From contig JAVJSW010000012.1 in the NCBI GenBank assembly GCA_040219255.1, forward strand, positions 32,001 through 96,000: DNA of 64,000 nucleotides, in the 5' to 3' direction. Both the position numbers and the translations under genes were made by a program. Below, piece after piece: positions 48,446 through 59,000 of the stretch. Numbering within the stretch: the first letter of the stretch is position 1; every line of letters begins with the position of its first letter. The notes under the pieces were generated by a model. That model was not told where the DNA came from. It did no database searches and saw only the letters and a program-made list of their open reading frames with translations. Source of the stretch: Sumerlaeia bacterium. Lineage in GTDB: Bacteria > Sumerlaeota > Sumerlaeia > SLMS01 > JAHLLQ01.

Positions 48446-49478
48446 TCGGCCCGTTCCCGATCAAGCCTGGGGCCGTGTCGGCCTCGGTATGGTGGCCCTC
48501 GCCGCCGCGGCACTCCTCACGTGGGAGATCATCGTCCGCTCCGCCCTCGGCTATGGCCAGAGCTACACCGACGGCCCGCTGCTCTGGGGCTTCTGTCGCG
48601 ACCGGCTCAAGGGCTGGGACGACAACGCCGTGGCCATCGTCGGGTCCTCGCGCATCCGCTTCGACCTCGTCCACGATCAGGTCTCCGAAGCCTTTGGCGA
48701 TGCGCCCATCGCGCACCTCGCCATCAACGGCAGCGTCCCACGCCCGGTCCTCCACGACCTGGCCCAGGACCCGTCCTTCCGCGGCACGGTCCTGGTCGGT
48801 TACACGCCGGGGCTGTTCTGGGTTCCCGGCGGCCCCAACATGACCATGACGACCGAGGTGACCGACAAGTACCCGCGCCGGACGCCGTCGGAGAAGGCGA
48901 GCCAATACATCGCGTTTCTGCCCCAATCGGTTTTCGCCTTTCTGAACAAGGAAGACTTGGCGCTGCCCAAGCTGCTGCGCGAGACCCTTGCCCTGCCGAA
49001 CCGCGAAGGCGTCATGGTGCCGCCGCGCATGCCCCCTTACCTGGCCAAGGTGGAGGCCGACCGAGGCGAGCGCATGTGGGAGAAACTGGAAACCGACCCG
49101 GAATTCCAGGCCGAAGTGCAGGGCATTTGGAAAACGCTCTTTCAGCTCGCGCCGCCCCTGCCGCCAGAATTGATCGCCAAGGAGCGGGCCGAAGTCGCCG
49201 CCGACGTCGCCGCCATCCGCGCCCGAGGAGGCGACGTGATCTTCATCCGCTTCCCATCGAGCGGCTGGATCCGCGAACACGAACGCGAGAACAACCCCCG
49301 CGAAGCCCTTTGGGACCCGCTCATTGAAGAAACCGGCGCCGTCGGCATCCACTTCGAGGACTACCCCGAACTCTCGGGCTACACCTGCCCCGAATGGTCC
49401 CACCTGACACGCGCCGATTCGGAAACGTTCACGCGGGATTTGCTGCGGATTCTGAAGGAGCAGGGGGCGATTCGGTAG
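48420..49478 (+). CDS. Membrane-anchored SGNH-like partner of MBOAT (AlgJ/DltD-like)
   Basis: N-terminal TM, 'IVGSSR' nucleophile block, C-terminal 'EWSHL'; overlaps the MBOAT stop. Confidence 0.7.
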   Translation: MPLSTSSSDRPVPDQAWGRVGLGMVALAAAALLTWEIIVRSALGYGQSYTDGPLLWGFCRDRLKGWDDNAVAIVGSSRIRFDLVHDQVSEAFGDAPIAHLAINGSVPRPVLHDLAQDPSFRGTVLVGYTPGLFWVPGGPNMTMTTEVTDKYPRRTPSEKASQYIAFLPQSVFAFLNKEDLALPKLLRETLALPNREGVMVPPRMPPYLAKVEADRGERMWEKLETDPEFQAEVQGIWKTLFQLAPPLPPELIAKERAEVAADVAAIRARGGDVIFIRFPSSGWIREHERENNPREALWDPLIEETGAVGIHFEDYPELSGYTCPEWSHLTRADSETFTRDLLRILKEQGAIR

Positions 49479-49483
49479 GGTGT

Positions 49484-50110
49484 TCAGGTGGCCAGGATCG
49501 GACCCTGCTCGCCAAAGCGCGCCCTCAGCTCGCGCAGGAGCCGCTTCTTGCCCTTGATGGAATCGCTCAAGGCGACCTCGAGAGTCTGATCCGGCAGCGG
49601 AATCCGCAGAGATAGATTGTTCAGCAAGTCATCCATAGCGACGTCCGACTTGTCGAGACTGGCGCGGAAGCGCTGAGTTTCCAGCAGGACTCGGTTTCCC
49701 CGGAAGGCGAGAGCACCGAAGCATTGCCCGGACTCGCCGCTTCCGAATTCAACAGCGACCTCAATCAGATCCTCCTCTGGATTGAGTAGCGGCTCACCAA
49801 AGCCGAAGATACCGAGGCGCGGCAGGTGCCGGCTGGCCCAGCGCATCGTGAGTTCCAAGAGAACGCCGCACGGCAGGAGCAGGCCGAACGCAATCGCCTC
49901 GCGAAACAAGTCGGCTTCGATAAAGCCGAACCACGCCCTGAAGCTGTTCCAGAGGAAAACTCCCAAGAATGCGAAAAACAGACCGGTGAACGGTTTCACA
50001 ACCGCTCCAGTGCCAAGAAGAGCGGGGATAAGTCCCTGTGCCGGCGGCTTCCACTGAAACCATGAGCGGCCGCTGGGGAGTGTTTGACGTTCGGTGGTTA
50101 GCTGAGCCAT
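49484..50110 (-). CDS. Hypothetical membrane protein
   Basis: Open frame with 2 TM segments; visibly less GC-biased codons than neighbours; start uncertain. Confidence 0.5.
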   Translation of the reverse strand: MAQLTTERQTLPSGRSWFQWKPPAQGLIPALLGTGAVVKPFTGLFFAFLGVFLWNSFRAWFGFIEADLFREAIAFGLLLPCGVLLELTMRWASRHLPRLGIFGFGEPLLNPEEDLIEVAVEFGSGESGQCFGALAFRGNRVLLETQRFRASLDKSDVAMDDLLNNLSLRIPLPDQTLEVALSDSIKGKKRLLRELRARFGEQGPILAT

Positions 50111-50428
50111 CGGACCGGCATTCCCATTAATTTCAAACCTTTCTCTAGTACGAGAGACGCTCCTTGTGGGCAATCGGAATTCGATTTCCAACAACGAGTT
50201 GTTCGCTTGCCCTGGCGAATGCGGCCCCCGCGAGCCTGTTCCTTCAAGAATTCAACACCGAGCACCTCCGACTACCAGGGATCATTGCACCGCCAAAGAG
50301 TCGATGCTGGGTGCAAACACTCCGTCCCCCGCGGCGCAGCGTGGTGCAGGGATGAGGCCCGCGCAAAATCCCAAACTTCCCTCTTGACCAGCGGTGCTTC
50401 CTTCCGTTTCATCTCGGTCCGCGTTTGA

Positions 50429-50504
50429 GCTGGTGTAGCTCAATTGGCAGAGCACCTGATTTGTAATCAGGCGGTTGCGGGTTCGAGTCCCATCACCAGC
50501 TCCA
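50429..50504 (+). tRNA. tRNA-Thr(TGT)
   Basis: GCTGGTG acceptor, CCTGA-TTTGTAA-TCAGG anticodon arm, GGTTCGAGTCC T-loop, encoded CCA. Confidence 0.97.
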
Positions 50505-50546
50505 TCACTTCAGCAAGGCTGGCGAGGCGCGGAAGACAAACATTGT

Positions 50547-50633
50547 GGTCGGGTGGCAGAGCGGTCAAATGCAGCGGACTGTAAATCCGCCGAGGTAATC
50601 TCTACGTTGGTTCGAATCCAACCCCGACCACCA
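50547..50633 (+). tRNA. tRNA-Tyr(GTA)
   Basis: GGTCGGG acceptor, GCGGA-CTGTAAA-TCCGC anticodon arm, long variable arm, GGTTCGAATCC, CCA. Confidence 0.97.
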
Positions 50634-50647
50634 CTGATTTGAAACGA

Positions 50648-50688
50648 AAGCCCCGCGGATGTCTCGTCCGCGGGGCTTCTTTGTTTTT
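50648..50688 (+). terminator. Rho-independent terminator after the tRNA pair (possibly bidirectional)
   Basis: AAGCCCCGCGGA-TGTCTCG-TCCGCGGGGCTT followed by CTTTGTTTTT. Confidence 0.85.
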
Positions 50689-50694
50689 CCGGCG

Positions 50695-51723
50695 TCATCC
50701 GGCGTGTGCCCCTTGGCCCTGCTGGGCGGCGGCCGGCGGGGCGGAACCGCTTTTGAGCCAGTGCAGCACGGCGGCCAGGAACGGCTGGATGATGACTTCC
50801 CAGGAATCGAGGAAGTAGGACCCGAAGGCCACGCCATAGGCCGCGTCGGCCTTGGCCCGATCGTCCGCCGCATCCCACGCCAGCGCGGCCAGGATGTGCG
50901 CGTACCAGTCGTCGGGCCCCATCGGCTCGACAGTGCTCAGGAGCGCGAGGGCGGGTTTGGCTTCACCGCTGTCCAGCAGCCCCCACGCCAGCAGCGCCGC
51001 CACCACCGGATGGGGAAAATCGTCCGCGTCCCGTTCGCGGTCGTAGACATCCAGCGCTCCGGCGATCACTCCGTCCAGAAAGGCCCGGGCGTCGGCCGTG
51101 CGGCCGCTGTGCAGCAGGCACAGAGAATAGAGCCGCGCGGCGTCGTTGTCGGGATGGGGAAAGACCTCGGCCGCGGGGAGCAGGATCTGGGCGGCGAGGG
51201 CGAAATCGCCGAGGGCGACGGACTTGGCGGCGAGGGCGTAGAGGCGGGAACTGGCTCGCTGGGCGGCGCCGCTCAGGGCCTGTTTGCGGGCCGATTCCGC
51301 GTCCGCCGCCGCGCGCTTCTCCATGAGGCGGGACGCCTCGCCAAGGGCTTTTCGCTCCGACGCGTTGGGTGGCCGCTTGGGCTCGGCATAGACCGCCAGC
51401 ATGTCCGGCTCGGCGATGCGCAGGGGCCAGAAGAGCCGCAGGAATCGCTTGAGAAAATCGTGATGGGGAAAGAGGGGGCCGCCATCGAGGGCGCTCGCGG
51501 AGGCGGAGCGGTTCCCGAGCTGGAATTCCGCCAGGCCGAGATGCAGCCGCGCCACCGGGTTTTCCGGCTGGGCCGCGATCACGCCGACCAGCGCCTCGCG
51601 GGCCCCCGCGAAATCGCCAGCGTCGTACAACTCCAACCCGCGCAAAGTCCTTCGCGCCGCGTTTTCGTCCCCCTGGGACGCACCATTTCGGGGGGCGTCT
51701 GTCGGATTTTCCGTCGAGTTCAT
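50695..51723 (-). CDS. Tetratricopeptide repeat protein
   Basis: 'GLELYDAGDFAGA....QPENPVARLHLGLAEFQLG' and further TPR-like helices. Confidence 0.7.
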   Translation of the reverse strand: MNSTENPTDAPRNGASQGDENAARRTLRGLELYDAGDFAGAREALVGVIAAQPENPVARLHLGLAEFQLGNRSASASALDGGPLFPHHDFLKRFLRLFWPLRIAEPDMLAVYAEPKRPPNASERKALGEASRLMEKRAAADAESARKQALSGAAQRASSRLYALAAKSVALGDFALAAQILLPAAEVFPHPDNDAARLYSLCLLHSGRTADARAFLDGVIAGALDVYDRERDADDFPHPVVAALLAWGLLDSGEAKPALALLSTVEPMGPDDWYAHILAALAWDAADDRAKADAAYGVAFGSYFLDSWEVIIQPFLAAVLHWLKSGSAPPAAAQQGQGAHAG

Positions 51724-51836
51724 GCGGGTTAGCCTTGCGTCACGCTCAATTAATGCCTGAAGTGCATCATCAGAGATGCATTGGAACGAGAGACCCAACC
51801 CATCCCTGGTCCATACCTTTGAAGGAGACTTCTCCC

Positions 51837-52154
51837 ATGACGAGCGTCAGTGACAAGGACGTTCTCTTGCCAAACCAGGTTGAGGATGCCCTGACCGAAC
51901 TGCCCGGTTGGGAGTACAAAAACGGCCACCTTTGCAAGCAGTACCTGATGAAGACCTTTCAGGACTCCATCGACTTTTTCAACGAGGCCGCTGAACTCGC
52001 CCAGTCCATCAATCACCACCCCGATATTCTTGTCAGTTACAAGAAGGTGAAATTCATGCTCTGGACCCACAAGTTCGACGCGATCACAACGGTCGATGTC
52101 GAGCTTGCCAAGAAAGTGGAAGAGCTTTCAGTCACTCAAGGCCTCGCTCTCTAG
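51837..52154 (+). CDS. phhB: Pterin-4-alpha-carbinolamine dehydratase
   Basis: LPGW, F..SIDFFN...LA..INHHPDI..SY..V....WTH....IT..D..LA. Confidence 0.9.
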   Translation: MTSVSDKDVLLPNQVEDALTELPGWEYKNGHLCKQYLMKTFQDSIDFFNEAAELAQSINHHPDILVSYKKVKFMLWTHKFDAITTVDVELAKKVEELSVTQGLAL

Positions 52155-52173
52155 AGCCGGCCCGGCGAGCGTC

Positions 52174-52854
52174 CTAGACGCCCGCTTTCGCCTTGGCCAT
52201 TTCCACGATCTTCAACACCAGCTTCTCAATGCCCGCCCCCACTTCGCTGGGGCGGGCTTCGCCGTACATATAGGCCGGGGCGGAGACCACCCGCTGCGCT
52301 TTGTCCACGCAGATCTCGGTCACCGGCCGGTCCCGGTGCTTGGCGCCGAGTTTCTCGATGCCCTGCGCCGTGCCCGCGTCGTTGCCGATGGTCAGTTCCA
52401 CGCCGTTGCCCAGCGCCTTGGCCGCCACTGCCGGAGCGATGCACATGAATCCGAGGGGTTTACCGCGCTCGTGCATGGCGCGAATCAGGGACGCTACGTC
52501 TTCATCGATGCCACAGTCCGGGCCATTGACCCCGAAGTCGCACAGGTTCTTCGCCGCGCCATAGCCGCCCGGCAGCACCAGCGCGTCCAAAGCGTCCGGG
52601 TCCGCCGTCTTCACATCGGAGATTCTTCCGCGGGCGATGCGGGCCGATTCCGCCAGCACGTTGCGCGTCTCGCCCTCCGCCGGTTCACCCTTCAGGTGAT
52701 TCACCACATGCATCTGAGGGATATCGGGGGCGAAGAAATGCAGTTCCGCGCCCTCGCGGTCCAGGAAGTAAATCGTCAGCACCGCTTCCGTGATTTCCGC
52801 GCCATCCAGGAATCCGCACCCGGACAAAACGACGCCTACCTTGGGTCCAGCCAT
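52174..52854 (-). CDS. elbB: ElbB/ES1 family glyoxalase (DJ-1/PfpI superfamily)
   Basis: VVLSGCGFLDGAEI.EAV, RNVLAESARIARG, PGGYGAAKNL, CIAP, TIG.D, PAYM. Confidence 0.93.
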   Translation of the reverse strand: MAGPKVGVVLSGCGFLDGAEITEAVLTIYFLDREGAELHFFAPDIPQMHVVNHLKGEPAEGETRNVLAESARIARGRISDVKTADPDALDALVLPGGYGAAKNLCDFGVNGPDCGIDEDVASLIRAMHERGKPLGFMCIAPAVAAKALGNGVELTIGNDAGTAQGIEKLGAKHRDRPVTEICVDKAQRVVSAPAYMYGEARPSEVGAGIEKLVLKIVEMAKAKAGV

Positions 52855-52936
52855 TGTCGTGTCTCCTTCAAATCAGAGGGGTTGTATTCATTGGTGCGTT
52901 TTGCGCACGCGCGAGGAATGCCAAGGGCGCTCTCGA

Positions 52937-55900
52937 TCAGTCTTCCGCCGCGGGTTCGCCGTGGCCGACCGCTTCCAGCGCCGCCTTGAGCAACGCCGCC
53001 TGCGCGCCGACGGGCTGCACGGTTTCCAGCGGGAAACCGAACAGCACGACCCGGTCGCCAGCCGCCGCCGCGACGCGGTTCGTGTCCGCGTAGGTCAGCG
53101 CCGCCTGCAACTGGCCCTCGACGGGTTCCAGACTTTCCGGCGATTCCACTTCGTAGATGGTCGGCAACATGTTGACCGGCTGCTCGAGATCGCGGCCAAA
53201 GCGGAACGGCGCGATGGGTTCGAACGCCGCCGCGCCGCCCTCGGCGGGGACCGCCGTGTTGATCCGGGTGGCATCGCGGCCGTAGCCGCCGAGCCCAAGC
53301 TGCTCCCGGGCAAAGGCCGCGCTGGCCTCGTCCGCAGCGACGCCGTCGAACAGGTCCTCTCCGATGTAGGCGCCGCTCAGGATCAGGTTGCCGCCGCCGC
53401 GCAGGAACTTCGTCAGCAGCTTGCGGCTTGCCGATGGCAGGACCTCGTAGCGCGTCCCCATCCGATCCGGTGCCCCCGGCGCCGTGATGCCGGCCGGCGG
53501 AGGCGTCGCCCGCTGCTCGCCCGCGATCCAGTCGATGGTGGCGTATTCCTGCCAGGGAAAGCCGCCGTGCTTCTCATAGGCCTGGCGCGTCGCGCTGTCG
53601 AACGGCACGCCGTTGGCCGCCAGGGCCTCGCCATGATCCACCACGTGATCGAAGGTATTGCCGCGTTCGAGCCGCGCCGTCATGTCGTCACCCGAGCCGC
53701 CGATCCCCGGCGTTTCCAGGTCGTTGGCCCATTCCGATTGAGTCACGAAATCGTACTGCTCGCCCACCAGGCCGTAGTTGTAGTGATCGCCCACGCCCTG
53801 GTCCTGGCTCCGGTCGAACCCCCGGACGAACTGGGCCAGCACCGGTGTCGCGACGCTGACGCGGTCGAAGCCATCGACGATCAGCACCGGGCGGTCGCCC
53901 TTACGGTCGCTGAACATGGCTCCCACGGTGCGGCTGCGTAGGGACTCGCCGCCGGCGTTGGCGGCGGTGATCTGAAAGTACACGCTCTCGCCCGCCGGCA
54001 CATCGTCCACGATGAGGTACTGCTGCGTCGTGTAGGTCCCATTGTCGTACGCCACGCCGTCCAGGCTCCGGTAGACGACATAGCCATCGGGTGCGGCGGT
54101 CGGCTCCAGCGGGTCTTCCGTCGGATGCCAAGTCACCTGGATGCGCCCATCGTCGAGCGCCCGCGAGCGGGGGGCGTGCGGGGCCAGGGGTTGAATCACC
54201 GGCTCGTAGCCATTGGCGGCGGCCACGAAGCGCGTGATGGCCTTGTAGAGCGCCCGCGCCACGTCCTTCTGGTATTCCGGGTTCAGGCCGTATTGCTGAT
54301 CGTGGAAGTTCTGATGCGACAGCAGTTCGAGGAGCATGACCGGCACGTCGGGGCGTCGCGCCTCGCCGTAGTTGCGCTCCCAGAGTTGGCGCATTTTCCA
54401 ATCGCTCGAGTAGTGTTCGTTGATGGTGCGCTGGATTTCCTGGTGCACCGAAGCCGCCAGATCGCGGTTCAGCCATCGCGAGCGCCCGTCGCTGAAGGTG
54501 TCGCCGCCATCGTGGCCCTCTACGCGGTAGATGGACAGCGTGCCGATGATGCCGTCGTTGTTGATGCCGGCGTCGGTGTGAAAGCTCAGGTACAGTTCGA
54601 TCGGCACGCCGAGCTTCCGCAATTCGTTGGCCCACTGGGCCCGCGCCACGATGTCGCGCCAGTAGTCGGGGCCAAAGTGCTCCTGGCCGCTGAAGTCCAT
54701 CGACTGATAGTTGCGCGGCAGGCCGCTGTAATTCAAGTAGTAGAGGGCGGCCTCGGCATAGCGCGGCTGGCCGCTGATCTGGCCGCCTTCGGGCGCCACG
54801 TTGCCCATGCCGCCGCCAAACCGCACCGCGTCGGCGCTGACGGTGACGGCTTCGCCGCCCGGGTGCGAGATCACGACGGAGGCGTCCGTGCCCTGTTCGA
54901 ATTCAAAGAAGCCCAGGAACACCCAGATGCCCCCGGCGACCTGCTGGTTCACCGTCAGGCTGGTGCTGCCGCCGCGATGGTTCACGGTCACAGGGACTTC
55001 CGCGCCGCGCGACTCGTCCGCGTTCCAGCTCATGTAAACGCCATAGCGCGCCGTCCGCGGGATGTAAGGCGTGTAGGTCGCTTTGGCTTTCGGATCGCTC
55101 GTTTCGATGGACGTGCCTTCCTGGAAAGGCTCGGAGCCCTGCGGAATCACCGCCGCGCGGGGGCCGTTCCAGCCCTCGCCCGCCACCGACCAGTCGCCCG
55201 TCGCCTCGAAGTCCGAGCGCGCGCTGGTCCCGTCGTTGTCGACGATCACCTCGTTGGTGTTGTAGTCGCGCTCGCGGACGCTGAAGACGTTCGCCCCGGC
55301 GTTTTCCAGCATCGGAAGCAGGAACGGGTTGATATAAGCCAGCGGCCCCAAATCCTCGATCGTGGTGAAAAGGCGGGCGCGCTGGAACTGCCAGCGGTTT
55401 TCCTTGTGCCAAGTGATGCCGTGGCTCGGGCCGGCGACCAGGGACTTGCCGAGCAGGCCTTGCTCCGGCGCGGGGCCAGGATAATCCGCCCGGCGCACGA
55501 GCGGCGCCTCCAGCGGCTTCATGCGGCTGTCGCTTTGCGCCCGCTTCGCGATGTTCTCCGCGCTCAGCGCCAGATCGCGCAGAGCCATCTTCTCCGACTC
55601 GCGCGAGGCGTCGAACGTCACCTCGACCACCACCGGCAACCTCTGCGCGAAAAACGGTTCGAGGGCGTCCGCCAGCATCCATTCCAGTTTCCCGATTTCC
55701 TCCGGCGTCCAGACCCGCTCGCTCATCGGCTGCGACAGCACCACGGTGGCGCGCTTGCCATCGGAGGAAACCTCCAGCACCTTGGTGCGGGCCGGAAAGG
55801 GTGCCTCGTAGGGGCGCGACGTTTCCAGATATTCGCGCTGCGTTTCGCGGATCAGGGCCTGCACCGCCGCCTCGGGGGTTTTCGGGTCCTCCTGGGCGGT

Positions 55901-55957
55901 CACGCTCAGCCCGGCGCAGAAGACAATGGAGAAAATCAGAGTGAAAAACCGGCGCAT
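52937..55957 (-). CDS. Secreted multidomain protein: N-acetylmuramoyl-L-alanine amidase-like domain with golvesin/'xanthan lyase' C-terminal-like insert and FN3
   Basis: Signal peptide; PSHG, TIED, MLENAGA.V...RER, IVDND, ADAVRFGGG, SFHTDA, LLELLSH; FN3 'W.PT.DPLEP..P.GY.VY...AANAGGES'. Confidence 0.75.
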   Translation of the reverse strand: MRRFFTLIFSIVFCAGLSVTAQEDPKTPEAAVQALIRETQREYLETSRPYEAPFPARTKVLEVSSDGKRATVVLSQPMSERVWTPEEIGKLEWMLADALEPFFAQRLPVVVEVTFDASRESEKMALRDLALSAENIAKRAQSDSRMKPLEAPLVRRADYPGPAPEQGLLGKSLVAGPSHGITWHKENRWQFQRARLFTTIEDLGPLAYINPFLLPMLENAGANVFSVRERDYNTNEVIVDNDGTSARSDFEATGDWSVAGEGWNGPRAAVIPQGSEPFQEGTSIETSDPKAKATYTPYIPRTARYGVYMSWNADESRGAEVPVTVNHRGGSTSLTVNQQVAGGIWVFLGFFEFEQGTDASVVISHPGGEAVTVSADAVRFGGGMGNVAPEGGQISGQPRYAEAALYYLNYSGLPRNYQSMDFSGQEHFGPDYWRDIVARAQWANELRKLGVPIELYLSFHTDAGINNDGIIGTLSIYRVEGHDGGDTFSDGRSRWLNRDLAASVHQEIQRTINEHYSSDWKMRQLWERNYGEARRPDVPVMLLELLSHQNFHDQQYGLNPEYQKDVARALYKAITRFVAAANGYEPVIQPLAPHAPRSRALDDGRIQVTWHPTEDPLEPTAAPDGYVVYRSLDGVAYDNGTYTTQQYLIVDDVPAGESVYFQITAANAGGESLRSRTVGAMFSDRKGDRPVLIVDGFDRVSVATPVLAQFVRGFDRSQDQGVGDHYNYGLVGEQYDFVTQSEWANDLETPGIGGSGDDMTARLERGNTFDHVVDHGEALAANGVPFDSATRQAYEKHGGFPWQEYATIDWIAGEQRATPPPAGITAPGAPDRMGTRYEVLPSASRKLLTKFLRGGGNLILSGAYIGEDLFDGVAADEASAAFAREQLGLGGYGRDATRINTAVPAEGGAAAFEPIAPFRFGRDLEQPVNMLPTIYEVESPESLEPVEGQLQAALTYADTNRVAAAAGDRVVLFGFPLETVQPVGAQAALLKAALEAVGHGEPAAED

Positions 55958-56023
55958 GAATCGGTTCCTTTTCCGCAAAAATACAGTCTATGACAAACCC
56001 GGTCCAGCCCCGGGCGGCAAGTC

Positions 56024-59000
56024 TTAATCCGGTTCGTCCAGCCCCGGCGCCGGGCCCTCGCCCAGCAGATAGGCGATGTCCTCGAACCCGAGCCGCCGGT
56101 GGAACTGCCCTTCGTCCATCAGCCCCTCCACCAGCGAGCGTTTGTGCTCTTGCAGTTCCGCGATGCGCTCCTCAATGGTGCCCTGCGCCACCAGCCGCAG
56201 CGCCACCACAGGCTTCTGCTGCCCGATGCGGTGGGCGCGGTCGATGGCCTGGGCCTCCACCGCCGGATTCCACCACGGGTCGAAGAGGATGACGTGCGAC
56301 GCGCTCGTCAGCGTCAGCCCCGTCCCGCCGGCTTTCAGCGAAATCAGGAACACCGATGGCTTCGTCTCCGCCTCGAAGGCCTCGATCAGTTCCTGGCGAT
56401 TCTTCGTATCTCCGGTCAGCATGCGGTAAGGAATACCGGCGCGATTGAGGTGCGGTTCGAGGCGCTGGAGCATCTTCACGAACTGCGAGAACACGAGGAC
56501 CTTTTCGCCCGAATCGATCAAGTCCGCCACCAGCGACTCGAATTCCTTGACCTTGCCCGACGCCATGTCGCCCAAACCGGCCAGCGCCGGATCGCAGCAA
56601 ATCTGGCGCAACCGCGTCAGGTCCGCCAGCAACGTCATGCGCGCCTTGCCCTGGCCCGGGCCCTTGGGCGCTTTCTTCGCTGCCGCCAGGGCCTCCTTCG
56701 TCCGTTTCACCTGCGCCAGGTAGGCGCGCCGCTGGGGCGTGGTCAGTTCGCAATCGACGCGTTCCTCGATGCGCGGAGGCAATTCCGGCGCGACGCGGGT
56801 TTTCTCGCGCCGCAGCAGCACGGGCCGCAGCCGCGCCCGCAGAGCCACCCACGCCGAGTCGCTCGAATCGCCCTTCGGCAGCCGGTCCACAGGCCCCAGG
56901 TATCCCGGCACGGCAAAGGCCAGAATGGACCACAAATCCTCGAGCCGGTTCTCCACCGGCGTGCCCGTCAGCGCGAACCGGTAGTGCGCCGTCAGCGAGC
57001 GAAGAGCCTTCGCCGTGGCCGTGTTGGCGTTTTTCAACGCCTGCGCTTCGTCGGCGACGATGGCCAGGAACGGTTGCTTTTCCAGCACCGCCTGATCGCG
57101 CCGCGCGAGGGCGTAATTCATAATGACGAGGTCGTGGTTCGCCAAGTCCTTCAGCACCTCCTTGCGCCCGGCGCCGCTTTCCAGCACCACCACCTTCTTC
57201 AGCGACGGCACGAAGCGCTCGGCCTCGCGGCGCCATGCGTGGGCGACGCTCGCGGGGCAGACCACGAGCGCCGGCAGCACCGCCTTCTTCCGCTTGCCCT
57301 TGCCCGCCAGATGCGTCCTCAGCGCCGTCAGCGCCGCCAGCATCTGCAGCGTCTTGCCCAACCCCATGTCGTCCGACAGCACCGCGCCGCCGAAGGTCTG
57401 ACCAGCCCACACCAGAAAGTCGGCGCCCTCGCGCTGATAGACGCGCAGAGGGGCGTCCGTTTCCTTGGCGATGGGGGCGGCGGGAACGCCGCGGAAATTC
57501 TCCAGGCTGCTGCGCGCCGCCTTGGCCAGTTCGTTCAGCCGCACCGACCCATGGCCGTGCTTGAGCAACCCCTCGGAGCCGCGTCCGAGCATCTGCATGA
57601 TATGGACGCGGTGGTTGCTTTCCTGGGCGTCGATGCCCATTTCCGCCAGCCATTCGATTTCGCGCCGCGCCTCTTCGAGGGCGTCTCGCCGGAACACCAT
57701 CGACCCCTTGAGTACCACCAACCCGCCGGTCTGCTGCGTCAGCGCTTCCTGGATTTCCGGCGCCCGCAGCGATTTGTATTCGTCTCGCCAATCCAGGCGC
57801 ACGTCCAGCCACGTCCCCCCCAGGTTCGCCGAAACGGACGCCGACGCCGTGGGGGAAGGCGTTCCCCGCAGCGTCAACAAGTCGCGGAAGGCCTCGTTCG
57901 CCAGATGCGTCACGGTGCGCGGCCGGTCCTCCCAGACCACGGCCAAGCCGATGATGGCTTCCGTGGTGGCTTTCCACTTCCAGACGATTTCGCCCGATTC
58001 CAGCGCCTCGGGCTTGGCGCGCTCCGGGATGATACGGGTCAGCCAATCCTCCGTCGGCGCCAGATCCTTGCGCGCCGGAAAGACCGCCAGCGCCTCCCCG
58101 CCCGCATCCGCGATGACCCGGTCGTCCTCCGCCAGGTCGCTCGCGCTCGTCGGCTCCAGTTCCGCCCCCACCGGCAGCGGCCCGCTCGACGACAGCCAGG
58201 ACCAGGGCGCTGACCGCTCGAAGGACCGCGTGCCCGCGCCCTCCGCCATGGCGGAGACCAGGAAATGCCCGCCAAGCAACCGGTAATGAATTTGGGTGCG
58301 CACCGGCACCTCGCGCAGGAGCGCGCCGTTGGACCCCGCCGCCTCGCCCCGCGCCGCCTCGGGCAGGAGGCGCCGCACCAGGACTTCGCCGAGGCCGCTC
58401 TGGCGCAAGGCCGCCAGACTCGTTTCGCCGGCTGCGCTCAGGGCCGCCAGAATCCGGCGCGGCATTCCCCCCGTGAAGATCGGCCGCAGCGTCGCCCCAT
58501 CCCGCCAGAACGCCCGCCCGCCGCCATCGAGCACCAACCGATCCGGGTCCAGCGGCTCCGGATCCTCGCGCCCCGGCAGGCGCACAACCCATTGAAACCC
58601 CGAGCCCTCGGTGCCCACCAGGCTCAAGTTCGCCTCCTCCGACTCGAACACCAACGGTTCGCTCAGGTCCTCCCAGAGGGCGGCCGCATCGCCAGACCAT
58701 CGGGAAAACCAATGGATCGCCTCCTCCAGAGGCCACAGATCCTCGCGGCGCATGAAGGTGGTGTTGAGCGCCTCGGCGTCCCGCACCGCCCAGGCGAGCA
58801 GCGCCCGGCTTTGCCGATCGAGCTCCCGCGTTCCCCCCGCTACTTCCTTCTGCAAGCGCAGAATCGCGTCCGGCTTGCGGGGTGAGGCCACCAACGTGCC
58901 AGAGGTCAGCAGCAACTGCACGTTCATGTCCCACAGACCGTCGGCGTCCGCCTCTGGCACCCAGCGCAATTCCAGCTTGCCCAGCGGCGCCCCCGGGCCG

